Origin: Hyphochytrium catenoides
Lineage: Eukaryota; Protista; Hyphochytriomycota
Assembly (NCBI GenBank): GCA_900088475.1
Contig: FLMG01000549.1
Coordinates: forward strand, 1 to 64,000
Direction: 5' to 3'
Length of the DNA: 64,000 nt
Below are positions 25,871 through 37,992 of the stretch, one piece after another. Made by a program: the position numbers and the translations under genes. Each line of letters begins with the position of its first letter. Within the stretch, counting starts at the first letter, position 1. The notes under the pieces were generated by a model that ran no database searches, was not told the DNA's origin, and was given only the letters and a program-made list of their open reading frames with translations.

Positions 25871-26935
25871 CTAGTCAAAGTTCTTGTGCTCCATATCAAT
25901 CCGATCCTGCAAGCTCCATTGCCGCATGAAGATAAAGCTAAGCAGCAGCTTAGTGTAACTCTTATAGGAATAAAGGCCATTATAGTACTCCGGAGCCTCC
26001 GCCCTCACTTTTGGGAGCTTGTTCCACGGCACAGAGGGGAAATCGTGGTGCTCATTATGAAAGCCTATATTGAAGGCAACCCGATTGAGTGGGCCATAGT
26101 AGGAGTACGTCGTCTGAAAGGGCTGGGTCGGGTAGTGTTCCTGAATCCATCGTGCGCCTAGGGGATGGAGCCCAATGGAGAAGAGAGAGGCCAGTAGCAT
26201 GTAAACAAGCACTTCAAGCCCCAGATAGTGCCAGATGAGGTAATTACAGCTTAACCCTACTGCGGTATTTGAGGCTATCCAAAGCAGTTCCTTCTTTGAA
26301 GGGATTTTGTATGTGTAGATGGCCAGCCGGAAAGACTGAATGAGCCAGAAAAATGCAAGCCAGAGTGCCTTCCGCACAGGACTATTACCCACAAATCTGG
26401 CCTCTACGTCGGTGGGAACGTCAGGATCTCGGTGTACCTGGTTGAGTTCAATGTGGTGCAGAATGTGATAAAAGCGGAAGGTCATCGCTGTGGGGATGAT
26501 GTGTGGGATGTTAGAGAAGATCGCACCGGCCCGATTTAGGGAGACGCTCTTGAAGACTAGATTGTGCGCGAAGTCGTGAATGAGAACCCAAAGGGCATGG
26601 TCAACGACCGCTCCCACAAAGTAGCAGGAGAGTAAAGCACCCCAGATGGGCAGGTAGGAGGTGCTCAGAACGGCGACCACCAGCTGAAAGGTCACCAGGA
26701 TCACGGAGAGGGCGGCAGTGAGTGGATTCCTTCCACAAAGGCTGGCTATACTAGGATGTGACTTCAGGATCTTTGTCCTCCTGTCTCCATGAGGATGGCG
26801 CTTCCTGCTTTTCCTCTCCATCTCCTCCTCCTCTCCCTCAGTAGAGATGCGATTCTTGTCGGACTTCATGGTGGAAATCTCCGAATGAAGAAATGCAGCT
26901 TTGGAAGCCGCGGACTTGCAATCGAGCTCAACCAT
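25871..26935 (-). CDS. DEGS1: Sphingolipid delta-4 desaturase (DES1/DEGS1 family), intronless
   Basis: HPHGDRRTKILKSHPSIASLCG N-terminal motif; His boxes HDFAH, HILHH, HNEHH; GLHPLGARWIQEHY and TYSYYGPLN. Confidence 0.95.
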   Translation of the reverse strand: MVELDCKSAASKAAFLHSEISTMKSDKNRISTEGEEEEMERKSRKRHPHGDRRTKILKSHPSIASLCGRNPLTAALSVILVTFQLVVAVLSTSYLPIWGALLSCYFVGAVVDHALWVLIHDFAHNLVFKSVSLNRAGAIFSNIPHIIPTAMTFRFYHILHHIELNQVHRDPDVPTDVEARFVGNSPVRKALWLAFFWLIQSFRLAIYTYKIPSKKELLWIASNTAVGLSCNYLIWHYLGLEVLVYMLLASLFSIGLHPLGARWIQEHYPTQPFQTTYSYYGPLNRVAFNIGFHNEHHDFPSVPWNKLPKVRAEAPEYYNGLYSYKSYTKLLLSFIFMRQWSLQDRIDMEHKNFD

Positions 26936-27289
26936 CCTGACACCTGATCCCAGTTCCTCAACTCGGTTAGCTCTGGGGTGATAAGTCCACTGCAACGTGG
27001 AGCCAACTCGGTGAGTGTGATGTGTGCGGCTTAAAGGAGAATAGCTACTGGCTTAGCCCCCGCAGATCCCAATTATGCTGACCACAAATAGAGCTGAGAT
27101 TTGCTGCGCTAGCAGGCCTGTTCTGTCCTGTCCAGAGCTTCCTGAATGAAGAGGCATGCACTATGTCCTTTTGAGTGACGACGAGTTAGGAAAAGACAGA
27201 TTCACTTCTGTGTAGCTGCTGATCGAGAAGACCAGAAACGGGTCACTCGGCACAAGATGTAGAGCTCACTTATCTACAAAGGCAAAGCT

Positions 27290-29230
27290 TTCCCAACAAA
27301 AGGTCAATCTTCTCCTCTTCCTCCCCCTGCTCCTCTTCCTCCCCCTGCTTCTCAAGCTCAATCTTCTCTAAAGTTCCAGATCATCTTCATTACCCAGCAA
27401 AAATTTTCCTTGTTCCTCCCATCATCAACTCCTCCGCTGCTACCGCTGCTGCCCAAGATCTTGGCCCCCCTTCTTCTCACCTCTGCATCTAGGGTATAAT
27501 AATACAGTAGATGGAACATACTCTATAGTCCCATCAGGAGTTTGGCTAATAATATGCTCAAGGTAAGCGTGGAGAGTGCAGGCTTCTGATGTTCTGATTC
27601 GAGGGTGCGGGACAAAGACGACATTGGACAGACAAACACCCCTGCAGCTGCCCTCCTGACCAACAATAGTCGCATTTACAGTGGGTCGGGATTTTATGTA
27701 GCCATTGATTTACGGTTCCCTATAATAATGATCAAAGGGTCCAGTGGGATGGTCGGTTGCCATAGACGATGCGAGGAGGAGAACCGATGTTTGTCGTACC
27801 ATCGGGGCGGAGTTGCAGGGCCATGAAAGTCAAACACCCCTGCCTACTGTCCGTTACTGGCTCTACGGACTCAAGCCTTCCAAAAATAATGATAATGTTG
27901 CCTGATTATAATAGTAAATGACATACATCTCGTAGAGGTCAGTGTGGGAAGTAACTTCGTTCCTCAGTCCTTCTTGTTGGTGTGGTGGGCCCTGATCATT
28001 GGTGAAGAAGGCCAAAAGTATGGCACTAACCTGATGAATTATTGTTCTCTCTTCTTTCTTCTCCCTGGACTCTCCCTCAAATGATCCATCCCTCCTTTTT
28101 GCCTGGCCTTTTTACTCTAGGACTAATAAGCTTTCACTGTTGGTTACCCACTACGTTAACATCGCCGGTGGTCTTAGCATTATTCACCACCATCCCATCA
28201 CCCATCATCTCATTAACACTTCTCTCAGTATGCAGACAAGCTTTTCCACCGTTCACAACAGCTGATGGGGCGGGCAACAACTTCCTCCCTGCTACCTTTT
28301 TCTTCTTTGGCACCAGCTCCGACCTTCAACCATTTTTTCAATCTCTCAGAGCGGGGAGTGACGTTTGGATAATATTGTGTCAGCTGCACCTGTTCTTTCT
28401 CTTCCGAGTTTCTTGAAGGAGTAGTAGTAACAGAGTTGTTGTTATTATCTAATAAACGTTGGTGAGGGCCTGCTGCTCGCTCCGAGATGATCATCTCTTC
28501 CCGAATGAGAATAACGCGGGATACTACGCCAGTTAGTAGTAAAGAAGAAAGCTTGATTATTTTACTCTATCAAAGTTTTCTTCCAGATCTATTTTATTTT
28601 GTTGAACCACCAGGAGCAGCGTGCGAGTTCTGTTATAGTGAGCCTCGTGCTAGCTAAATTCCTAGGTAGTCCTTCTACCATCAGCGCTCTTCTCCTCTGT
28701 CTCCAACAGCGGCAATAATAATAGTCAACATCACCCATACAAGTAATCTTCTTCTTATCAACCGATTCGCTGCACTACTCGGTCCAAGCAAGTAATACGA
28801 CGTTGTTCTCAATGCTTTACTGTTGTGGAGCATCTTCCTCAGTATTTGTAAGAATATAAGGCGGCCTTACGGAGTGGTTTATAAACCTCGATAAAAGAAA
28901 GACTGTTTGTCCATTGAGGAGGAGGCAGCTCTTCGGTATTAGTTGTTATGGTCCAGCCCTTGTTTGCGGCAGGGATATAAGAAAGAAGGACCCATCCATC
29001 ATCATGACTAAGGGGGGGANNNNTGTGGAATAAATGGAAAGATTCATGATGGAGCCGTTGGTGCCCAAACTTCCAAAAGGGCAAAGGGCGGGAACGCGGG
29101 AAGGGACCAGCACGAGGAACCGAGGCATGATGCTCGAAGAGAAGCAGAAGACAGAAGAAGAGGACACTCGACGAGAACGCAGCAGCGCCACCTCCTCTCA
29201 CATCATCATCCTTACATTCTGCGTCTTGGG
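27290..29230 (-). pseudogene. Decayed coding-like / low-complexity island (possible TE or viral relic), 4-N gap at 29020-29023
   Basis: Purine-rich minus strand with stop-interrupted frames, (AAT)n/(GAG)n runs and a direct repeat ctcctcttcctccccctg x2. No recognisable domain. Confidence 0.3.
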
Positions 29231-29399
29231 TTCCTCAATCACAGTCAACACCAAGCTTTGCTCTGCAGTGGCCATACACTGCTGCTCTCTGACTGAAGTC
29301 GAAGTGCAAGCTCTTCCAGATCTGCGAGCTAATGAAAGGATGGAGCTGATCAGGGTCAGCGCCATTCCTTGCTACTAAGGGGAACCTCTATGGGGGCCG

Positions 29400-30362
29400 A
29401 TGACACTACTCAATAGAGAAACAATCTGGGGACACGATAGAGACCAATCTTGGGACGCTCTAGGCAATAGACTTGAGCAAAGCTCCATTACAGAAAACCT
29501 AGCATACAAGATGGATGAGTCCTCTGAGCGGACTTTCGTGGCTGGAATGCCAGCTATCAGAAAAGACGACTTGTCTTCGGAAAGTGCTCGGACCTCGACT
29601 CCTGTACTTGGAGGTCTCGGCCAATCCGTCCAGGAGAAGTGCTTGGCAGATACCGTGATATCTGAAAACTCCGTATTACCCACAGGAGAAACACAATCAG
29701 AGTCTCAAGAATTGCTCGAGCTGCGAAAAGCCGTCGAATTATTATCGCAGCAGCTTTTGAAGTCAACACTGAGCGATGATGCCAAAGAGCGAGAGATATC
29801 AAGGCTCTCTGCCTTCTTATCACTACCAAAAGGGGAAGCTACTGCCGCAGCGATGCAAAACCAAAGTTCCCCTCGGCCTCTCAGTTCACCTGGATCCAAG
29901 TTTCACTCGCCGTCCCCCAAATGCCAACGCCAAAGACGGGATCCTTTGAGTTCATCGGCGCCTCAACCGGAATGCCCAATCTGTCTCTTACCTCTTATGT
30001 CTAAGGGAAAGGCAGTGTTCAGGACGACCTGTGGACATGAGTTCCATTTCCGATGCGTGAAGCAGTGCGTCCTAGCTGACCATGAAGGGTGTCCACTTTG
30101 CAGGCGGAAATTCAGGTAATCAATAGCACGCAAACGCTAAAATTTCTGTGCTAACACGAACTTTTACCCCCTCCTATGCAGTGATATGACACCTCCACGG
30201 ACCCCATCTATCCGTATGCCTGGCTTCGTGACAGCTCGAATAGCGCTGAGAGAGCAGCTAGCAATTAGACATGAAGACGCTGAATATGATCTCGGGGCCC
30301 AAGACACAACACAATCCCAAACCACATCGGCGACGCCAGTTATCTCCAGAAGGCGTTCTTAG
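29400..30362 (+). CDS. RING-H2 (C3H2C3) E3 ligase-like protein with coiled coil, 2 exons
   Basis: CPIC..CGHEFHFRC..CPLC; an intron after KF leads to an exon ending ISRRRS* at 30362. Confidence 0.85.
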
Positions 30363-30431
30363 GATCTGAGTTAGAGTGACTAGACACGGTAGTTCTACCG
30401 GACGCAAAGATTATACTTATTCATTCACTTT

Positions 30432-33400
30432 TCATCTCCTGGATCTCGCCATAAGCGTCTCATACTTGGTTCGCACAGCTTCCACTTCTCGTCGAAGGAA
30501 TTCATTATCCTATTGACCAAACTGTGAGCATAAGAAGTGATAGAGACGTTGACACAGATTACCTGGGCTAACTGCATCTCCCTTTCTGAGCCTATTCCCG
30601 TCTGCGTCTCCTCAAGCCCTATCTTTCCCCTAATCTGGGGAGTGGCGTCAACTAACAGCTGCCATTGCCTGCTGCTTAGTGCAGAGAGTACTCACCACAC
30701 GTTGAAGGTGCTGTATGGCTTCAACAAAGGTCCGCTTCTCTTGCTCCAACATATCTCTCAGTATCGAAATCTCTTTCTCTTTAGCGGCAAGCGTAGATTG
30801 ATATGCGCTTCGAAGCTTACTATTCTCCGCTGCATAGAGCCCGTGATGAGTTAAGTCCGGTTGGCAAGGCTTTCTTCAAAGACGTTACTTTGACTCGTGC
30901 TCTTACCCTTGATGGACTCCAACATAGCTTTAACACCATCTTCACTCCCGCTGGCCCTTTGAGGCTTCTGTATACGGCGGTCAGGAGAATGGAAACGGAA
31001 CTACGCGACATATGAAGGTCCACATACCCCATCGGTAGCACGAGTTCTTTCATAATCCAGCATTTGACTCTTAAGGGCGTTTATAGCTCTCAGTCCTGCC
31101 TCTACCTTCTCCTCTGCCTCTAGATGTTTGGCTTTGTATAGCTCACAGAGTTCTGAAAGTCTATGGTTTTCAATCTAACAAACACGTAAATGTGAGGCGC
31201 ATAGTTAAAACTTCTCAATCAAATAGTCTCCCCACCTCCATTAGCTTGCCGTTCGTTATGGCTGTTTGCGCTTCAAGATCTTGCTGGGCTTCCCTTCTGA
31301 GTTCGGAGCTGTTGGGTCTCCGTGACCCTCGTGATTGCTGACTGTCAGAACTGGCTGGACGGCTGTTCGCTGCCTTCAGCTGTTCCTCGAGCTTCCTCAC
31401 CTCTTGCCTTAGTTGCCTGATAATCTCTTCTTGAGATGTAATCTGCCATTTCGCTGAGTAACAGAGACCGGCCTCAAAGTCTGACCCCACACTACCTGTC
31501 GCGACTGATCCCTTAGCAATGTTTTTGTTCTTTGTTGTTCTTCCGGGGACATTAACCCTTCCGCTCCATCTGCACTAGCCAGACTGCTGGCTGACTCCTC
31601 GAGCTGGCTCTGGGCCGTCCGCAGCGAGTTACGGACACTGTCTAGCTCGGCCCTCAGCGCATCTATGAAGTGGTTGTCGGTATCGGTCTTATCCAACAGG
31701 GTCCTGATGTGCTCCTTGGTCTTTGCCACCTAGCCAATGCCATCCTGTTGGTTTGGTTTTATAATCGGAATGACCAGTACAATCACTGACCTCCTTTTCA
31801 AGTACTTTTGTCCGTGCTTTGGCCTTCTCATACTTCTTCTTGTTATCATGTAGCTCCATTGTTAGCCCTTGATTTTGTTGGACGAGTTGCTCTACTTCTT
31901 CTCTTCTTTTCATCGCTAAGCTGTTAATATCCTCTTGAGCCTTGTTGTCGACACCAGTGGGCTTGGACTGTAAAGTGCAGCATTTAGTCTGGCTCTGCAG
32001 ATACTGTGTAAAAAAAAGGCATCAAGGATTTACCTTGTCAAGCAGGATCTCATACTGCTTCAGCTTGGCTCTCAGCATAACAATTTGTTGCGCTCTGCCC
32101 TTCCAGCCTCCTTCTTCTTCCAAGAGCTTGTCCAAAGGAATATCTTCCCCGACCTACAAATCAAGAATGAGAAACACTACGGTGCGCAGGAGGGTAGACA
32201 CACGCGTAGCTCTCGTTGGCCGCCGACGTATTAGAAGCGGCGGAGCTGCAGAGTGTACCTCTCTTTGCAAGGCTCGTTGAGTTTTCTTCAGTTCAGCAGT
32301 CAACTTGTCACACTGAAGGCGCATCTCATGTAGTTTGCTATTTAGAGCCGCGTCAACTGTTTTGCTCTTGACTGCTTGAAAGAGGAGACTTAGATGGTAG
32401 GTAATAGCAGACTCGCCAATTTACCTACCATCGTCTTCTCCTTCCTTGCCATCGGCTTGTTCTACCTTTTTCCTCAGTTTTATCTTACTGCCCGGCTCTT
32501 CGTCCGCAGTCACGTGTACCTTCTGTGCGCTTGCCTCACTCTGTAAGGTCAGAGTTGAGGTCTAACATGGAAAGAGCTGTATATGAGATGCTCAAATGTC
32601 ACCTTAAGAATAGCAACTTCTTGCTCCAGCTTTGAGCTTTTCGATCTCTCCTTTTGCAGAGCAACATTGAGATTGCGACTCTTCTTTGCTAGTGAAAGTA
32701 TCTTCAAGTCGCGAATATCCTGCACAAAGAAGAAGCCATAAGTAGTGTTGACAGCAAGAACCCACTAAGCGAGGGAAACAGAGGTCTGATAATGGAGCCT
32801 TCTAGGGTCAGCTACGAGCTGAACGAATAATTTAGAACTCAAGAGACCGACAGACAGCGGCAGAGAAAGAGAGGAGAGGAACAAGCGTAAGTCAAATAGG
32901 TAGGGATGAATAATGGAAGCGTAAGTTTACATAGGTAGGATTCGATGTATGACCTTGTCTACCACTTCCGTCCCTTGGAGTATGTCCAGGTACTTGTTTG
33001 GGTCAAGCCCAGGGATAGGGTCAAGAGCTTCCAGGAGAACTCCCATCCTGAAAGAGCCAAACACCTAAGATTTATCGCTGAAATTTAAACAAAGGAGAGC
33101 TTCATGACGCTTACTGCTCAAGCTCTCTGTTCTTCTCATCAAGCTGCGCCAGGAGTCCAGAATTCTTCTGGACAAGCTCCTGTGTCTCCGAGAACCCATC
33201 CCACTTGAATTCCCCCTCAAACCTATTCTGGTTTGCCCTGGCAGCATCTTCAACGTCAATCTCTTCAGCTTCTGCTATTTGTGCCTCCTCCTCCTACGGC
33301 AGTGGAGAACCAGTAAGGAAGACGAGCTCACAACTTTCAAGGCTCACTTATAATAACGGTACCTGTTCGGCTAGCGTCGCCTCTCTCCTTTGACCGGCTT

Positions 33401-33569
33401 TGCCATTGCCGCGGCTCTTCGATTTCACACCCAGACCAATATCAATGTATTTCCTGCCATTAGGTGAAACCTGCTCTTTTCTTTCCACACTCTCTACTGT
33501 CAAAAATCTGTCACCAGGTATTTCCTCCTCCTCCTCCGGTCTATCAAGATACAATGGCAAGTTCGACAT
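30432..33569 (-). CDS. CCDC13: Coiled-coil domain-containing protein 13 (centriolar satellite/ciliary)
   Basis: DIRDLKILSLAKKSRNLNVALQKERSK; QRALQREVGEDIPLDKLLEEEGGWKGRAQQIVMLRAKL; KARTKVLEKE; LLDKTDTDNHFIDALR. These match CCDC13 conserved blocks. Confidence 0.85.
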
Positions 33570-33849
33570 CTTGCAGAAGCCTGTCACAGTCTACGCCACC
33601 AAGCAGAGGGCATCACTGAGCACGCCGTGCCACCACTGTGACGATTCCAAGCCGCGCGTCAGACCCAGGCCGTCTCAGTCATCTCCCGTTCGGTAGCCCT
33701 CAGTGCTTGGATGCGGCGGCGATATTTATTGAGTCAGGCCTTCGTCGACCTAAAGCCTGAGCTCAGAACCATCAAGGAAGTGCTGGTCCTTGCTTTCCAT
33801 CAGCACTGTAACGCCTTTTCCTCTGACCAAGTCATGAGAATCATGAGCA

Positions 33850-34520
33850 AATAACTAATCCCCCAGCTCTGATGATAATCAAAACTTCGAACAATGATCA
33901 ATTTTATTGTGATTCCCTACCTCACTGCCATCAGTCCTTGTGATGTGTGTGCCGGCCTGAGCATGATGATACTGTTTCACCTCCTCCTCCCTTTGTTATT
34001 ACTGAGCAAGTCAAACAGTGATTCTTCCTTTATTGATGATGAGCGTGGGGCAGATCGAGCTGATGAGGAGATCAAGGCTTTATATCTGTTCTTGTCTCTT
34101 CTTCGTCCTCTTCTTTCTAGGGATGTATTTTCCTTCATCTTCTTCTTCTCCTCCCTTTTCTTCTTCGTCCCCCTCTTCTTTTGATTAGTAGAGGTAGTCA
34201 ATATTACATGATGATAATATAACTGATGATGGGGGGATAAAATATAATCTATAGCATCGTAGGACTCTTGCAGTGCGAGATCCCTTTGCTTCCTGCGCAT
34301 GATTGCTCCCAAGATACAGAGACTTCATAATAAACCATCACTGATACTCAACCATAAAGAATGGGGACTTCACTCTTGATCCAGAAAAAATACATCTGAT
34401 GTCATTGCCTATCCTTGATGACGAGAGGTTGGTGAGCCCTTCAGCCCTCGAGATAGTCTAGGTGGCTAATCGGTACTCTGTCTTGCTTGTCATTGACTCT
34501 TTTCAATTGTTTGTCAGCAA
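33850..34520 (-). pseudogene. Decayed AT-richer coding-like island
   Basis: K/R/E-rich 111-aa ORF (33977-34312) flanked by stop-interrupted frames; composition resembles 27290-29230. Confidence 0.25.
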
Positions 34521-34635
34521 GAATAAGATTTACCTTACCACAAAGCAGCAAATTCTGGCATGACATACCAGTCCTTGCGGGCGTTAAGCTTAACGTTTTC
34601 TTCGATCACAGTTTATGAGCGGCTAATTGTGGCCC

Positions 34636-34790
34636 CCAAGGCCAGGTCAATGGCCTTGGTAGACCATTCATGATGTACACTTCGCTGTGCCAGGACGGTG
34701 GCCTCTTGGCAAACATCCAAGTTGTACACCATCTCTATGCCAGGATGGTGGCCTCTTGGCAGACCATCGCGATGTACCTCTCTCTGTGTT
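34636..34790. repeat. Three-copy, 50-bp-period degenerate array; each unit carries a 24-nt palindrome
   Basis: ccaaggcca-ggtcaa-tggccttgg (34636-34659), tgccagga-cggtggcc-tcttggca (34688-34711), tgccagga-tggtggcc-tcttggca (34738-34761). TTGG recurs at 34656, 34706 and 34756. Confidence 0.8.
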
Positions 34791-34918
34791 CCCACCATTG
34801 CGCCAGAAATGGAGCTCTATGAAGCGAAATCTATCCATCACCATGTCTGTAACGCGCTCTCACAACAAGGCACTATTTAACAAATGGAATAGCAAATGCT
34901 TTATTCCATAAGGTAGCT

Positions 34919-35450
34919 CTACTCTTGTTGCTTCTTGAGGTGGTTAAGAAGAACGTTGAGAGCGTGATGGTCCTCTCCGAACTCAGTGACAACAGCAACT
35001 GAGGTAGGAACGACGTTCTTGGGGTTGCCCTCGGCATCAATCTTGCAAAGACCAACCCACTCGCCAAGCTGCTCACGGGATGGTGCCATGATGAGGTAGA
35101 CGCCGTGCTGCTGGCATAGTGCCTATCAAAAGTATAAGGCGTAAGCTGTCTGATGGAAAATGACGATTTCGTATCTTGAGTCGAACCTGAACAAGCTTCA
35201 CGTAAGAAGCCTCATCACAGTCCTGAGCTAGGACGCACAGACGAGCAGCGCCGCTGTCAAGTGCCTTAGCAGACCTACGTTTTCCATAAGTAAGTATGCC
35301 CATTCATGACAAAGCATAGGCTACAGCGACTTACTCGTGAAGTCCCCTCTTGAGTCCATCGTGGATCATGGACTTCTTGAGTACCTCCTTAAGAGCGGCC
35401 ATAGGCTCAAGCTCCTCCTCACCGGTTGAAATTACTGGTTCGTCAGCCAT
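34919..35450 (-). CDS. RPS12: 40S ribosomal protein eS12, 3 exons
   Basis: [71 protein letters not shown]; AATAAA just downstream of the stop. Confidence 0.98.
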
Positions 35451-36018
35451 CGTTGATATTGTCACAAAGTCTGCTATACTTCCTCGTGCACTGCTGAGCG
35501 CGGCGGTCCTCGAAAGCTAGAGCAGAAATGATTGCGGAGCTCAGCTCATAATCTAGATGCACAGACCCGATCTGCAGAAGGGGCCAGACCCAAGAACCAG
35601 CAGTTCACGAGGAACCACTCACTGGCTGTCCTGGCGCGCCGCTCAAGGACAGAAAGCTTCACCCATTATGCGAAACTTTCACGCAGAGCTGTAGTTATCG
35701 AAAACGTTAGTTTGTGTGAATCTTGCCTTTGATCTACCTACGTTTGTTACAGTTCCTGCAGAAGCTGAAGCTCCAAACGACACATCCAGTGATAGAGGTG
35801 ATCCTCCCTAGAGGTCACAATGATAAGGGAGACTGCGAAGAATCACACAGGATCGATCGATAACAAAGAGTGGAGCGATTGAGCGTCCCACCGCACAGCT
35901 TCCTATCTTGCTGCTAGTCACACATCCCATTACCTCCGGTCCCACGACACGACGCCTCACTCGCAGGCTGCTGTCCTCTCGTCCTGCATGCGTGGCTCAT
36001 TGTTGACAGATAGAGAAC

Positions 36019-37992
36019 ATGAATAACTATCTCCAGGAGGGTCGAGCTCGACTGGACGGAAACTCGGCCCTCACTCCTCGGCGGGAGCTCATAGAGGACA
36101 TCATAGCCATTGCTAGCTGCACTGATGTCAAAAAGCTCAAGGTGGACAAGCTCATTAAAGACCTACGGGACCTAACATATTTCTCGACCTCCACATCCAG
36201 CGATGGCTTCAATGGTAACTTCGCTCTGGCTATGGTGCTCCTACTATCAAAGCTCAAAGACTCAGCGGATGAGAAAAAGGCAGCTCGCCTGGCACAATAC
36301 TTCCTCCAAAGTGTCACATCGGAGATCCTGGCAGGAAATATCGAAACCCTGAACAGTGACGGTAGCGTCACCCCTGTACGAAACCTACTACCACCCATTT
36401 TGGCAAGTCTGGAGGAGAACGACCTTATGTTAGACTTTCGTCCACGTAAAGTGGCCTCACTTCGGGTGTACTCCCGGCTATCGCATGCTTTGGATCAAGA
36501 AGGAAGAGTGCTCAAAGCGCTAGGAGCAGGTATCGCCCAACTAGCTCCTTTAGGGAGTTCCCGCATGACGAATAAGAAGAAGCCCAAAGAGAAAAAGGAT
36601 TTAGATGGCGTTCTTGCCAGCTCTCCTGGCCTATACAGCTCTGCACGACATGGTTTTTCGCACACCGAACACACGCTCTCATTATTACCTCTTTTGGTGG
36701 AGGGTCTATCTCTACCGGTTGCCGACGCCACTCGGCACATACTCGCCACCCTAATCAAGTTAGCTCAAGAGGAACCTGAAGAAGTCTATCGAGCTCTGCA
36801 ACCGAAGCTACCAAGGTGTCGCGAACTCTTCAACCTCGAGGATTCCGTGGCTGTTATCTATTTCGTCAACCTTTGTACCGTTTTGATAGAGGTCGCAGAC
36901 GAGTCCTCAAGAAGCACCCTATTAGACATTATCCTTGGTGTTATCACAGGTCCGCCCTCAGCTATCACAAAGGTTGTCTGTTTGGGCGCAATACGGCAGG
37001 TATTGACTGCTAAGAAGTCGGTTTTGAATTATGGTAACCAGGAAAATCTTCAAATGGTCAAAAAGATGGCTTCAGTGGTCGTCCAGCTGCTCAAGGAGAC
37101 GAACCATAGCGTGGGAACGTTACAGCCAGCTGTAGCGGAAGCTTTTCAGGCATTAAAAACGCTCGGGCTTTATCTGGATAAGCAGGCTCTTGAGAACGGA
37201 GGACCAAAAAATGACAGTAAAGTATCACTAGTAGAGGTGACGGAGCTAAGTTCGCAACTGTATTCCCTTGCAAAAGGCATGGTGTCAAGTTGTCAGGAGT
37301 TTCCTGCTCTGCTCTTCTCCTGTTTGGATGCAATGATATGGTTGCTCCCAAGAGAGGTCGGCGGAAATTCCGCTATGGAATGGCAAAAGCTTGTGAATGA
37401 GGTGATGACGGTGCCTTTGTCTGCACCCTTAAGATACAAGCTTGCTCTTTCCTGGAAAGAGAGAACCGTCTTAGCGGTACATCCACTCATGTGGAAGGGA
37501 GTGACAGATGTTTGCTGGCATTGGTTCTCAACAACTCCAGACGAGAAGGTTGGCACCTTAATGTTGACTCTTTATACTACCGCGGTGTTGCCGCTGGAAT
37601 CGGCACATCAAGTTTCCAAAGTCGGCCTATCAAAGAGCATCCTGTCCTCCATCTACAAACTGTTAGACTTCAGGCCATTACCAGGATGCAAAGCGGAGGT
37701 TCGCGATGCAATCAAGCGAACTCAGCGAAGGGCTTACTCATTCTTGGCTGAATATGGAAGATCATTGACAGCAGCTGAAGGAGATCCGGTTTCTATGAAG
37801 CCGAACACTAGTCCTCTTTATAGCGAACTCCTCCTCCGATTAACAGAAGTGGCTGCCTATGGGGACTGGGAAGCCAGGAGGCTATGTGCTTTGGCTCTCA
37901 ACAATATCAGCGAACCTTCATCACAACCAGTTATGAGCAGCTCTGAGTCCAACCCTTTTCAAGGTTGGACTATATCGGCAGTACTAGAATGA
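36019..37992 (+). CDS. ARM/alpha-solenoid protein, probable TSET complex large subunit TSAUCER (TASH3/TstB-like), intronless
   Basis: C-terminal blocks CLDAMIWL, IKRTQRRAYSFLAEYG and SPLYSELLLRLTEVAAYGDWEARRLCALAL align in order with plant TASH3 trunk motifs as I recall them (ALEALIWM, LQRLVQAAVWFLGENA, NPTLAGALTRLQRCAFSGSWEVRIIAAQAL). Confidence 0.6.
   Translation: MNNYLQEGRARLDGNSALTPRRELIEDIIAIASCTDVKKLKVDKLIKDLRDLTYFSTSTSSDGFNGNFALAMVLLLSKLKDSADEKKAARLAQYFLQSVTSEILAGNIETLNSDGSVTPVRNLLPPILASLEENDLMLDFRPRKVASLRVYSRLSHALDQEGRVLKALGAGIAQLAPLGSSRMTNKKKPKEKKDLDGVLASSPGLYSSARHGFSHTEHTLSLLPLLVEGLSLPVADATRHILATLIKLAQEEPEEVYRALQPKLPRCRELFNLEDSVAVIYFVNLCTVLIEVADESSRSTLLDIILGVITGPPSAITKVVCLGAIRQVLTAKKSVLNYGNQENLQMVKKMASVVVQLLKETNHSVGTLQPAVAEAFQALKTLGLYLDKQALENGGPKNDSKVSLVEVTELSSQLYSLAKGMVSSCQEFPALLFSCLDAMIWLLPREVGGNSAMEWQKLVNEVMTVPLSAPLRYKLALSWKERTVLAVHPLMWKGVTDVCWHWFSTTPDEKVGTLMLTLYTTAVLPLESAHQVSKVGLSKSILSSIYKLLDFRPLPGCKAEVRDAIKRTQRRAYSFLAEYGRSLTAAEGDPVSMKPNTSPLYSELLLRLTEVAAYGDWEARRLCALALNNISEPSSQPVMSSSESNPFQGWTISAVLE

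Noticed and set aside
5136-26935. Lipid/sterol biosynthetic gene cluster (START, CYP51, ABHD, DES1)
   Set aside because: The genes belong to different pathways and are interrupted by codanin; there is no evidence of co-regulation. Likely chance unless synteny is conserved.
34636-34790. CRISPR array
   Set aside because: Only three degenerate units, the linkers resemble each other, there are no cas genes and the context is eukaryotic.
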